From NCBI GenBank assembly GCA_034101145.1, contig JAXEKG010000004.1, positions 40,987-104,986 on the forward strand: DNA of 64,000 nucleotides. The letters run 5' to 3'. The notes beneath the pieces are model-generated. The model was not told the DNA's origin. It worked only from the letters and a program-made list of their open reading frames with translations, and ran no database searches. Shown here piece after piece: positions 37,151-46,889 of the stretch; positions within the stretch are counted from its first letter, which is position 1; the number at the start of each line of letters is the position of its first letter. A program made the position numbers and the translations under genes. The DNA comes from Eubacteriales bacterium (lineage in GTDB: Bacteria > Bacillota > Clostridia > Oscillospirales > CAG-272).

Positions 37151-39225
37151 TAACAGTAGCGGAAAGCGGTGGCTTCTGTTTTGGTGTAAAACGTGCAACG
37201 GACTGTGTAGAAAAGCTGCTGTCAGAGCATAGTAATACACGTATATACACCTTGGGTAAACTGATTCACAACAGCGTTTACATCAAGGAGCTGGAAGAAA
37301 GGGGAGTTTTTTCCGTATCGGAGGAAGAAATCGAAGAAATCGCGGAAAAATCATCGGAGGAATCTCCCGTGGTCCTTGTGATACGTGCACACGGAATCAC
37401 CGCCGAATGTGAAAAAAATCTTTCAAGGCTTTCACAAAAGCATAAGTTTTTTACATATACTGACATGACCTGTCCGTTTGTTAAAAGAATACATAAAATA
37501 GCCGTTGAAAATACAGATGATGAAACCGTATTTCTTCTTCTGGGTGACGAAAAACACCCGGAGGTCCTCGGTATAATGAGCTATGCCAAAGGTGTGAAAA
37601 AAGCCCTTATCGACTCAAATTCCATGGAAAAATACCTTTTGGATACGGGTTTTCCCGCTGATGCCCGAATAGTACTTGCATCACAAACAACGCAAAGCAC
37701 GGACGAGTGGAAAAAATGTCAAAAAAATATTAAAAAACTATATACAAACACGAAAATTTTTGATACAATATGTAATGTGACTGAAAAAAGACAGAAAGAG
37801 GCGGTTGAGCTTTCCTCCTCCTCGGACGTCATGATAGTTATCGGGGGAAAAGACAGTTCAAATACGGCAAAGCTTTTTGACATATGCAAGAAAAACTGTC
37901 CTGCAACGTACAGAGTCGAGAGCATTTCGGATCTTGACGGAATTATCGTAGACTCATCACTTAAAATAGGAATAACCGCCGGAGCTTCGACACCGGCGAA
38001 TATAATAACGGAGGTTCAAAGAAGAATGAACACAGAGAATTTTGACTTTGCGGCGATGCTCGAAGAATCGCTGAAAACCATACATACGGGAGATATAGTC
38101 ACAGGTATAATCACTGACGTTACACCGAGCAAGGTGTACCTCGACCTCGGCACGAAGGTTACCGGCGAGATTTCGCGCGACCAGATAACCGACGATGTAA
38201 ACGCAGACCTAAAAGCAATGTTCAAGCCGGGCGACGAAGTTGAAGCTTTCGTCATACGCGTAAACGACGCAGAAGGTGTCGCTACCCTCTCCAAAAAAAG
38301 AGTTGACAATGACAAAGCATGGCTCGAAATAGTAGCCCTCAAAGAATCCGGCAACGCCGTTGACGGTAAAATCGTATCTGCTGTAAAGGGCGGTCTTCTC
38401 GTTGATATCAACGGCTTTAAGGCGTTTATGCCTGCATCCCAGGTATCCCTCAACAGAATAGAGGACTTAAACACAGTGGTCGGCGAAACGAAAAAGGTTG
38501 TTGTTATTGACGTCGACAAGGCAAAGAAGCGTGCTGTCTGCTCTGCCAAAACGTTAGAAAAAGAGGCAAAGAAAATCCTCGAGGACAAAGTCTGGGAGAC
38601 TCTCGAGGTTGGTCAGCACTACAAGGGAGTTGTTAAAAACTTCATTCCTCACGGTGCATTCGTCGATATCGGCGGTGTTGACGGTTTTATCCCGAACATC
38701 GAGCTTTCTTATAAGAGAATCAAGCATCCCTCTCAGATAGTAAAGCTCGGTCAGGAAGTAGAAGTATATATCAAAGAGCTCGACCGTGAGAACAGAAAGA
38801 TTACCCTTGGCTATAAGACTGAGGAAATGGATCCTTTCTTCATCTTCAAAAACACATACAAGGTCGGAGACGACGTAGATGCTAAGATAGTAAGCATAAT
38901 GCCTTTCGGTGCATTTGCCGAGGTTATAGACGGAGCTGACGGACTTATCCATATTTCAAAGATTTGCCGTGAGAAGATAAATAAGCCCGAAGACGTTCTT
39001 TCGATAGGACAGATTGTCCGTGCGAGAATCACCGACATCGACGTTGACAACCGTAAATTCAACCTCTCCATGCGTGTTTATGCAGACGAAGAATATAACG
39101 CACAGAAGGCTGAAGAAAGAGCTAAGGCTAAGGCAGAGCGTGAGGCTCAGCGCAAAGCGGAGGCCGAGGAAAAGGCAAAAATCGAAGCAGAAATGGCCCC
39201 GTATATCGTAAGAACCATTGAATAA
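37147..39225 (+). CDS. ispH: bifunctional 4-hydroxy-3-methylbut-2-enyl diphosphate reductase / ribosomal protein S1
   Basis: IspH N-terminus (GFCFGVKRA, AHGI, SSNT). Four S1 repeats follow, then a Lys/Glu/Ala tail. The GTG start overlaps the upstream stop (GTGA). Confidence 0.9.
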   Translation: MITVAESGGFCFGVKRATDCVEKLLSEHSNTRIYTLGKLIHNSVYIKELEERGVFSVSEEEIEEIAEKSSEESPVVLVIRAHGITAECEKNLSRLSQKHKFFTYTDMTCPFVKRIHKIAVENTDDETVFLLLGDEKHPEVLGIMSYAKGVKKALIDSNSMEKYLLDTGFPADARIVLASQTTQSTDEWKKCQKNIKKLYTNTKIFDTICNVTEKRQKEAVELSSSSDVMIVIGGKDSSNTAKLFDICKKNCPATYRVESISDLDGIIVDSSLKIGITAGASTPANIITEVQRRMNTENFDFAAMLEESLKTIHTGDIVTGIITDVTPSKVYLDLGTKVTGEISRDQITDDVNADLKAMFKPGDEVEAFVIRVNDAEGVATLSKKRVDNDKAWLEIVALKESGNAVDGKIVSAVKGGLLVDINGFKAFMPASQVSLNRIEDLNTVVGETKKVVVIDVDKAKKRAVCSAKTLEKEAKKILEDKVWETLEVGQHYKGVVKNFIPHGAFVDIGGVDGFIPNIELSYKRIKHPSQIVKLGQEVEVYIKELDRENRKITLGYKTEEMDPFFIFKNTYKVGDDVDAKIVSIMPFGAFAEVIDGADGLIHISKICREKINKPEDVLSIGQIVRARITDIDVDNRKFNLSMRVYADEEYNAQKAEERAKAKAEREAQRKAEAEEKAKIEAEMAPYIVRTIE

Positions 39226-39232
39226 AGATATA

Positions 39233-39373
39233 GGGCTGAGTCATAGCATTAACAACTTGTGAGAGTTATGTGCAGCCATAACAAAAACCAAGCTCAAATC
39301 ATGTGATTTGTCTTGGTTTTTTTGTTGCTTTTGTATAGGGTGAAAATCAAATTCTCCGATTTGACTCATCCCC
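39233..39373. repeat. MITE-like element copy 2
   Basis: GGGCTGAGTCA at 39233-39243 and TGACTCATCCC at 39362-39372 (10/11 inverted match). Central hairpin AAAAACCAAG...CTTGGTTTTTTT. TTTGTATAGGGTGA box. Confidence 0.7.
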
Positions 39374-39416
39374 TTTATAATAAGGTTTGCGGTAAAGCGC
39401 AGGCCTTTTTATGTTT

Positions 39417-40437
39417 TTATGAGCAAAAATCACCGAATGTAATCATCATGGGGCTGTCGGTTGCAGGTACGTTGTTAAAGCACAGATTTCCATCATTGTC
39501 GGTATTCATTATTTCCGGCGGAAGCGCATATATATCTCCGCTAAGCAAATCGACAAGGTGTACATCACCCTTTACAAAATCGGTTTTTACAGATAACGAT
39601 ACTGTGGTTTCAATAGTTTCCGCAAGAATGTTTTTCGGAATCCAATATATAAGAGCCGATGAGCCATCAGGCTTTCCAACACCGAAATGAACGGCTTGAG
39701 AAAAATCAAAATCCGCACCGATAACACCGAAATACGCGTAATCAAGGTATGAATTCACATATCCGAGAACTCCGTTAAGTGCCTCAACCATGTCCATACA
39801 TGAGAAGTATGATGTGATTAAAACCTTGTTGCGTATATCACAGAGTAAATGCCTTAATAAGAAATTTGCCTGTTTAAGAGGAGTCCGGCAAGCACCCTTC
39901 AAGGCTCCTGCATTGCTCGGTTGTGACTGCGTACCGCTTTCTCCCTGAATAATCGGAAACTCTTCCCATGCCTTTCGAGAAATTTCTTGTATTCATTATA
40001 GTAATAGTCAAATCCGTTTTCGGTTGTATATGCATGATAAGAGAGCATATATAATCAAGGCATCCTGTGTTTGCGGCAGTCTCAAGAAATTCCCTTTGCG
40101 CCATGCTTCCATATACTTTTTTGCCCTCGGGTGTGTAAAGGTCGTTACCGTAGCACAGGCACATTCACGGCTCGACTCCAATATCAATCATTTTATCTAC
40201 TGTCTCGTCCGGCCGGGCAAAATCGTAAACGCCCTTTTTTCTATCCGTTCTTTGCCATCCGGATTGTAATCTTGTCCATTTCACACCGGATTTTGCAACA
40301 AAACCGTATGATTTTTTGGGATGGAAAATATCTCTGCAAAGCTTTTCAAGGCCGAGGCCGATAATAGATTTCTTGATATCTTTAGATGCTTTCGGGATGA
40401 TTCTTCCGCTTTTTTCAATCTGTACATATATAAGCAA
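39417..40437 (-). pseudogene. TIM-barrel glycoside hydrolase-like gene, decayed
   Basis: Three ORF fragments lie in series. The pattern GVKWTRLQSGW..KGVYDF..DETVDKMIDIGVEP is interrupted by an in-frame TGA at 40165-40167, directly followed by CLCYGNDLY. At least one further frame change lies near 39900. Confidence 0.6.
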
Positions 40438-40904
40438 TTCAAATTATATAAAAATACTACCATTCAGTTATTAAAAAAACTAATTTCGATTATCTCTTCG
40501 CTTTTGTATCTCAAAGATAATATAAAAGACTTTTCGTGTCGGTGCCGTATATAATCCTTAGCATCATCATTACACATTCAGAAAACTGTTCGTTATGATT
40601 AAATACTCCGATTATGACTCAAATTAAAAAGCGTCTCGCTTATGCAAGACGCCATTTGTTTTGGAGATATTAATACGTGATGAATAGGCATAGCTAATGC
40701 TTCCGCTAAAGTACAATGATATCCGTTAATAGGAGAGCTGTAGCCGCCAACAGCCGTTGGATTCACGGTTGGTATGCGGTTGCAGTCTCACCGTGCCATT
40801 GAATTTGCAAATACAACTTTTTCCGTATGACTTTTTCATACGACATTTTTAATAGCAAAATGAATAGAACCGAGCGTCTTAAAACGAGAGCCTCAGTGTG
40901 TCGG

Positions 40905-42695
40905 TTATTTTATAGGTTCAAAATCGCTCGCCCCATGCTTGCACAAAGGACAGATAAAATCGTCGGGAAGAGTATCGCCTTCATAAACGTAACCGCATAT
41001 CTTGCATACGAAGCCTTTCTTTCCACCCACGTTCGGCTTCGGCTTTACGTTGTTCTGATAGTACGTATATGTCATCGTTTCCGTCTTATTCATTACTCTT
41101 GATTCGGTTACGGAACAAATAAACATACCGTGAGTATCTAAATCTACGTAATCTTCCACCTTCAGCGAAATAAAGGAGTTTATATACTTAGGCAAGAAAA
41201 CCAAACCGTTATCAGAACGGAGAGTCTCGCAGGAGGCAAACTTATCCACGTTTCTTCCACTTACAAAACCGAAAGCTTCGAAAACCTTAAAGGGTGTGTC
41301 TATGGACAAACAGTTTACGTTCATTTTTCCTGTTTGCTTGATAATATGATGCGAATAATTCTGTTTGTTTATTGTTACGGCAATTCTTTTTGGCGTATTT
41401 GTCACTTGCGTCACAGCATTTACTATCAGTCCGTTGTCTTTTTGCCCGTCATTGCTCGTTACTACGTATAATCCGTATCCTATATTAAACAAAGCGCTTA
41501 AATCATTTTTGTTTGCGGTTTTGTCTTGAGATGCAAGATATTCCTGACACAAAAAGTCCGACAATGCTTCGATTTCTTCTTTATTTTTGTCGTTCATTGC
41601 GCTCTTAATCTTTACGATAGGCTCCGCGATAGTTATATTCTTGCTTTCCTCAAACATTCCTTTCATCACTTTTGCAGCCAGAGGTGCCCAGCTTCCGTTT
41701 TCGATAAATCCTACTATGCGGTTCCTGTACCCTCTTTCCGTCAATGCCTCGATAAACGTACGCATAAACGGGAAAATATCACCGTTATAAGTGGTCGTTG
41801 CCAAAACAAGTTTACCGTATCTGAATGCGTCCTCTACGTTTTCCGCCATGTCGCTGCGTGCCAAATCCGTAACAACAACTTTCTTACAGCCCTTGGTACG
41901 GCATTTCTCGGCCAACAGCTCTACCGCTTGTTTGGTGTTGCCGTAAACGGAAGTGTACGCTATCATTATCCCGTCGCTTTCCACTCCGTAAGAGGACCAC
42001 GTATCGTACAGATTGAGGTAATAGCCGAGATTTTCGGTAAGAACAGGTCCGTGCAACGGGCAAATCTTTTCTATCTGCAGCCCTGCCGCTTTCTTCAATA
42101 AATTCTGCACCTGCACTCCGTACTTGCCGACTATTCCGAAATAGTATCTTCTCGCTTCGCACGCCCAGTCTTCGTTTGTATCCAACGCACCGAATTTACC
42201 GAATCCGTCCGCGGAAAACAGCACCTTATCGTATGAATCATACGTTACGATAACTTCGGGCCAATGCACCATGGGAGCAGTCAAAAAAGTCAGTTCGTGT
42301 TTTCCAAGCGACAGCTTGCTTCCTTCTTCCACTACCAATCGCTGAGATGCGAAATCGGTCTTGAAAAAGTTTTGCATCATGGAAAATGCTTTATCCGACG
42401 CAACAACTGTAACCTCGGGATATAAATTCACGAAATTAACAATATTTGCCGAGTGGTCGGGTTCCATATGTTGAACAATCAAGTAGTCGGGTTTCCTTTT
42501 ACCTAAAACCTTTTGCAGGTTATCGAACCACTCATGCGTAAAGTTTTTATCCACGGTATCCATAACTGCAATTTTTTCGTCTACTATAACGTAAGAATTG
42601 TACGCCATACCATTAGGCACTACGTACTGCCCTTCGAATAAATCTATATCTTTGTCGTTTACGCCAACATAAAAAATATCATCCGTTACTTTCAT
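40905..42695 (-). CDS. multidomain flavodiiron protein: metallo-beta-lactamase + flavodoxin + flavin-reductase-like + rubredoxin
   Basis: Diiron motif VQHMEPDHS. Flavodoxin segment (IAYTSVYGNTK). Flavin_Reduct-like segment (YVVTSNDGQKDNGLIVNAV). C-terminal rubredoxin (FVCKICGYVY..FICPLCKHG). Confidence 0.85.
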   Translation of the reverse strand: MKVTDDIFYVGVNDKDIDLFEGQYVVPNGMAYNSYVIVDEKIAVMDTVDKNFTHEWFDNLQKVLGKRKPDYLIVQHMEPDHSANIVNFVNLYPEVTVVASDKAFSMMQNFFKTDFASQRLVVEEGSKLSLGKHELTFLTAPMVHWPEVIVTYDSYDKVLFSADGFGKFGALDTNEDWACEARRYYFGIVGKYGVQVQNLLKKAAGLQIEKICPLHGPVLTENLGYYLNLYDTWSSYGVESDGIMIAYTSVYGNTKQAVELLAEKCRTKGCKKVVVTDLARSDMAENVEDAFRYGKLVLATTTYNGDIFPFMRTFIEALTERGYRNRIVGFIENGSWAPLAAKVMKGMFEESKNITIAEPIVKIKSAMNDKNKEEIEALSDFLCQEYLASQDKTANKNDLSALFNIGYGLYVVTSNDGQKDNGLIVNAVTQVTNTPKRIAVTINKQNYSHHIIKQTGKMNVNCLSIDTPFKVFEAFGFVSGRNVDKFASCETLRSDNGLVFLPKYINSFISLKVEDYVDLDTHGMFICSVTESRVMNKTETMTYTYYQNNVKPKPNVGGKKGFVCKICGYVYEGDTLPDDFICPLCKHGASDFEPIK

Positions 42696-42831
42696 CTTAA
42701 ACTCCTTTTTTTGTAATCATTACATTATGTTTTATTATATCATTCTTAATAATAAAAGTCAACAATATCATATGAATGCTTTTAAAACAAAAAACAAAAT
42801 GCTCAATGGCAAGCGATATTCTGTTTTTACG

Positions 42832-42892
42832 TAAAAAAGCAGCCGGAACATCAATAGAATATCCTTTTCAGACAAATTGGTTCCGGCTGCTT
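42832..42892 (-). terminator. long-loop terminator downstream of the SDR gene
   Basis: 12-bp perfect stem AGCAGCCGGAAC/GTTCCGGCTGCT with a ~30-nt loop. U-run on the minus strand. Confidence 0.45.
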
Positions 42893-43036
42893 TATCAGCT
42901 GATATTTATCCTATATCTGGCTCAATGATACAACGTCAAGCAAAGAGTATTGAATTAGTTGCAAGACCGGCGTTTGAAAAACTACCGTCTCATAGTAATT
43001 TCAAAACTTATGAAGGATTACTGTTCAATAATCCCG

Positions 43037-43828
43037 TCAGTCCTGTTTATTCTCGGGAATAACGGGATACAGTTGGATTGTGTTTCCGCCGTCAACTACA
43101 AGCTCCGCACCGGTAGTATTGCGCGCATGCATAGCAAAATACCATACTGCGTCTGCGATATCGTCTCCCGTGGCGACATCTCCGAGCGGCGTATAGCGGG
43201 ACGGCACGTTTTTATAAAATTCAGGGTTTTTATCCCATCTGTCCGTCTTTATCATTCCCGGCAATACGGCATTTACGCGAATGTTATATTTACCTAAATC
43301 AAGAGCCAGACCGCGCATCATTCCGAGTTGCGCGCCCTTGCTCGCCTCGTAAGCAATTCTGTCCGGAATTGCACGGTATGCGGTGTTGGAATTGATAAAC
43401 ACGATACTTCCGCCGCCGTTTAGCTTCATTCGCTTCGCCGCCTGCTCCGTAAGGCAGTAATTCCAGCATACGTTCGTATTGATTACACGTTGAAAATCGG
43501 CAAGAGAATTCTCAAAAATTTTCATATTCAAACCCTGATCCGCCGCATTCAGCACCAAACTCTGAATAAATATTCCTTTTGCATCAAATTCATCGAATAA
43601 TTCTTTAACGGACAGCTCGTCTACCTGCTTATTCTCATCGAGCGAATTCAACGCATATCCGTACACTTCCGCATGCGGATATTTATTCCGATATGATTGT
43701 TTTGCTTGCTCAACGCTTTCTTTGTTTCTGCCGGTAAACACAACTCTTGCGCCTTCCGACAAAAATTTTTCTACAATTGCCACGCCTGTATTGATGCAGG
43801 CGCCCGTTACCAATACATAATTTTTCAA
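43037..43828 (-). CDS. SDR-family oxidoreductase
   Basis: VTGACINTGVA Rossmann motif, NAAD, YEASKGA catalytic motif. Start assigned to the TTG at 43828, 7 nt after a GAGGT RBS. Confidence 0.78.
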   Translation of the reverse strand: MKNYVLVTGACINTGVAIVEKFLSEGARVVFTGRNKESVEQAKQSYRNKYPHAEVYGYALNSLDENKQVDELSVKELFDEFDAKGIFIQSLVLNAADQGLNMKIFENSLADFQRVINTNVCWNYCLTEQAAKRMKLNGGGSIVFINSNTAYRAIPDRIAYEASKGAQLGMMRGLALDLGKYNIRVNAVLPGMIKTDRWDKNPEFYKNVPSRYTPLGDVATGDDIADAVWYFAMHARNTTGAELVVDGGNTIQLYPVIPENKQD

Positions 43829-44212
43829 AATATATACCTCGTTTAATATGTAATTTATTACTGAATCGGACAAATATCCGAAAATGCTCCGTGTGATGAC
43901 TCGGGATATGTTCAGCGTACGTGTGTTTCAAACAATTCTCTTCATAGCGGTCGGATACATTACGTCATATGGGATAAAAATATGTGACCATTATGCTCGT
44001 CTTACCGTCGTTAAAAAGCGGTATGCCGAACATCGGGTCATCGTCATATAAATTTTTCATACCGATATTCAACTATATATAAATCATACTATACAAAAGA
44101 AAAAATACATATAAAGAATTTAACTATTTTTATCAAAATCTAACAATTTTAATTGATATTTTCTGAAAAAAATGATAGAATTAAAAAAGAACCAAAAAGG
44201 CGGGATAAACAT

Positions 44213-45067
44213 ATGGCGTCAGGGGAATTAATACAAAAAACGTGCATGGCAAAAATTACGGATTTCGGAATATTCGATACCAATAGGAAGTTTCCTGCGA
44301 TGAAACAAACTTCGGAAAGAATAACGAGTGAATTTGAAATAGAATTATTACTGAGCTGTACGGGAAAAGCGATTATCAACGATAAAGAATACGTTTTGTC
44401 ACCCGCTACCGTTTTGCTCTGCAAACCCGGAAAGAGACGGCGAAGTATTCTTTCTTTTCGTTGTTATTATCTTCATTTTACGTTAAGCGAAGAATCACCT
44501 TATTTTGAACTTCTCTCTTCCGCACCGGAATTTTACCGTATAATCGACGTAGAGGTATACAGCGGTATATTTTCAGATTTACTGCATCATCTTACGGAAA
44601 ACGAAAACAATATTTTTTCCGACTACACGTTCGCTAAAATGATAGAATTGTTTTACTGGCTTATCCGAGATAAAAACCGTAATGCCGCATATCTTACGCT
44701 GAGTTCTTCCGAGCGACGTACCAACGATTTAGTGCCACGTTGCATATCCTATATAAACAAGCATTTCGGCGAAAAAATATCTTTGAAAACGCTATCCGAA
44801 ATATTTCATTATTCGCCGAACTATATACAACACGTTTTTCACCTGGTTACCGGAGTTACACCGCAACGCTATATTGAAAATGTAAGGTTGCAGCAATCGA
44901 AATTTATGCTTGCGGAAAAAAATGAAAGCATATCACAAATAGCCTTACTGTGCGGTTTTTCTTCTCAATCGCATTTTACCGCCTGTTTCAGAAAGCGGTT
45001 CGGTTTTACACCGCGAAAATGGATATTAAACGCAGATAAACCATTTCGCCACTTATATAAAGAATAG
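44213..45067 (+). CDS. AraC-family transcriptional regulator
   Basis: Cupin-like N-terminus. C-terminal double HTH (ISLKTLSEIFHYSPNYIQHVF...GFSSQSHFTACFRKRFGFTP). The start is uncertain (the track ORF begins at the TTG at 44153). Confidence 0.8.
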   Translation: MASGELIQKTCMAKITDFGIFDTNRKFPAMKQTSERITSEFEIELLLSCTGKAIINDKEYVLSPATVLLCKPGKRRRSILSFRCYYLHFTLSEESPYFELLSSAPEFYRIIDVEVYSGIFSDLLHHLTENENNIFSDYTFAKMIELFYWLIRDKNRNAAYLTLSSSERRTNDLVPRCISYINKHFGEKISLKTLSEIFHYSPNYIQHVFHLVTGVTPQRYIENVRLQQSKFMLAEKNESISQIALLCGFSSQSHFTACFRKRFGFTPRKWILNADKPFRHLYKE

Positions 45068-45148
45068 AATACGGCGTCTCTTGACGCATCGCGCTCGTTT
45101 TTAATAATAGCATTGAACATTCGGCAGTTTTTTCCTTAAAATCACAGT

Positions 45149-46444
45149 TTATACGTCTGCATTCCTCATGGCCGGATTTTCAATCAGTTCTCCGTTTTCA
45201 TCAAACCGCGAACCATGACAAGGACAGTCCCAGCTGTGTTCCGCCGCATTGTAACGAAGTGCGCAGCCGAGGTGCGGACAACGCTTCACTGTGGGAAAGG
45301 CAAAATCCGCAAGAGTTTCTCCAAAGTTGCAAAACAATTGCGGATGCCATATACTCCGATTTGTTGCAAAAACCGAAGCATACGGGTTTTCTTTTCCCGA
45401 TATCATGTCGCACAGAATATCCGCAGCCGCCATTGAAGTTGTCATCCCCCAAAGATTAAAGCCTGTGGCGACATATACATGAGGCATGGCGTGACTGTAC
45501 TGCCCGATATAGGGAATCCCATCCAGCGTCACGCAGTCCTGATTAGACCAACGATACACCTCGCGCGCAGATGGAAAATGCCGTCTCGCAAATTCTTCTA
45601 CAGCGGCGTATCCTCCCCCCTTTTTTCCTGTCCGATGGTCGCCGCCGCCTATCAAAAGAAGATTGCGGTAATTCCGAAAGTAGAACCCCTCCCCCGCATC
45701 CTCCGCCGTGCAGGAAAATAACGGCGCATTTTCGTAAGCGATTACATAAGAACGCTTTTGATATTCCTTCATAAAGTAAAGTCCATGACGGTTAATAAAT
45801 GGAAAATGTGTGGCAACAATTATCTTTTCGGCAATAATTTTTCCCTGTTCGGTGTAAGCAGTAGTTCCCTCCAGCTTCTTTACAAAGCTATTGGTATAGA
45901 TTTTTAATCTCTTTGCTACCGCATATAAAAACCGAAGCGGATGAAACTGCGCCATATTCGGATATACCACCGCATCTTTCACGGAAAAAGGGAGCTTGGG
46001 GTCTGTGGTGTATACGGCATCAAATCCCAATTCCTTCAAAAGCTCTGCTTCTTTCTTCAGGTTATCCTTCCCGGTCATAGAATACATAACCGAAGGATAA
46101 GTCTCAAATTCACAGTCGATATCTTTCGACATCTGCCGGAAACGTTGTAAAGCATCAAGGTTGGCGTGTAAATACTGCCATGCCCGTTCTTTATCATACA
46201 TTCGGACAATATTCTGATACAGCACATCGTGCTGAGCGGTCAATACAGCCGTTGTTCCCTTGGTAATTCCGCCGCCGACATAAGACGCCTCCACTACAAC
46301 GTTATCGATTCCGCATTCTGTTAATCGCGCGGCGCAAAGAATTCCGGCCATTCCGCCTCCGATAATGCAAACCTCCGTATGCACATCCCCCGACAACTTC
46401 TGTCCCGGTTCCGGCGACACACCATCCGTCCATAAATATCGCAT
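45149..46444 (-). CDS. FAD-dependent oxidoreductase with a C-terminal Rieske [2Fe-2S] domain (YhfW-like)
   Basis: VCIIGGGMAGILCAARL. Rieske motif CPHLGC...CPCHGSRF. Confidence 0.8.
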   Translation of the reverse strand: MRYLWTDGVSPEPGQKLSGDVHTEVCIIGGGMAGILCAARLTECGIDNVVVEASYVGGGITKGTTAVLTAQHDVLYQNIVRMYDKERAWQYLHANLDALQRFRQMSKDIDCEFETYPSVMYSMTGKDNLKKEAELLKELGFDAVYTTDPKLPFSVKDAVVYPNMAQFHPLRFLYAVAKRLKIYTNSFVKKLEGTTAYTEQGKIIAEKIIVATHFPFINRHGLYFMKEYQKRSYVIAYENAPLFSCTAEDAGEGFYFRNYRNLLLIGGGDHRTGKKGGGYAAVEEFARRHFPSAREVYRWSNQDCVTLDGIPYIGQYSHAMPHVYVATGFNLWGMTTSMAAADILCDMISGKENPYASVFATNRSIWHPQLFCNFGETLADFAFPTVKRCPHLGCALRYNAAEHSWDCPCHGSRFDENGELIENPAMRNADV

Positions 46445-46889
46445 ATTGATTTTTTCCTCCGGTTTTTTAGGTTATTTTGCGCCAATTCGGAGAATTTATG
46501 ATTTAGAAATAAGTTATAACTTTCCCACAAAATTCTTATATGATTCTGCGACAGATATACATTTATACACCGAAATTCAGCAAAAGCTCGAGCTATGCTC
46601 TCTTCTGCAATGCTTTTGCAACTAATCACAAAGAGGTTATTCGGAACATGAATTTTCTTACAATAAAACCAAAAAGGCAGAACAACGGCGTGCACAATTA
46701 GCGGTAAATTGAAGTTCAATTTACGCCGCTTGGAAATATTCTTTGCGACTTAAACAGACGCATTCCGCAAGCGGAAACAGAATATTTCCAAAACACAGTG
46801 CAGATCTAACGTTCTGTCTTTGTTATATTTATTTTCAATCACGGCTTCTTATAATTATGAAACCATTCATCCAATTGCAGTCTTATATC

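Noticed and set aside
12942-40167. In-frame TAG (12942-12944) and TGA (40165-40167) as evidence of stop-codon recoding or an alternative genetic code.
   Set aside because: TGA, TAA and TAG all terminate well-supported genes in this window (for example TGA ends cdsA, dapB and smpB). Both affected genes also carry frameshifts, so they are simply pseudogenes.
46321-46719. 132-aa minus-strand ORF extending upstream of the Rieske flavoprotein gene.
   Set aside because: It overlaps that gene's 5' end in another frame and runs through an AT-rich promoter region, with no RBS or motif.
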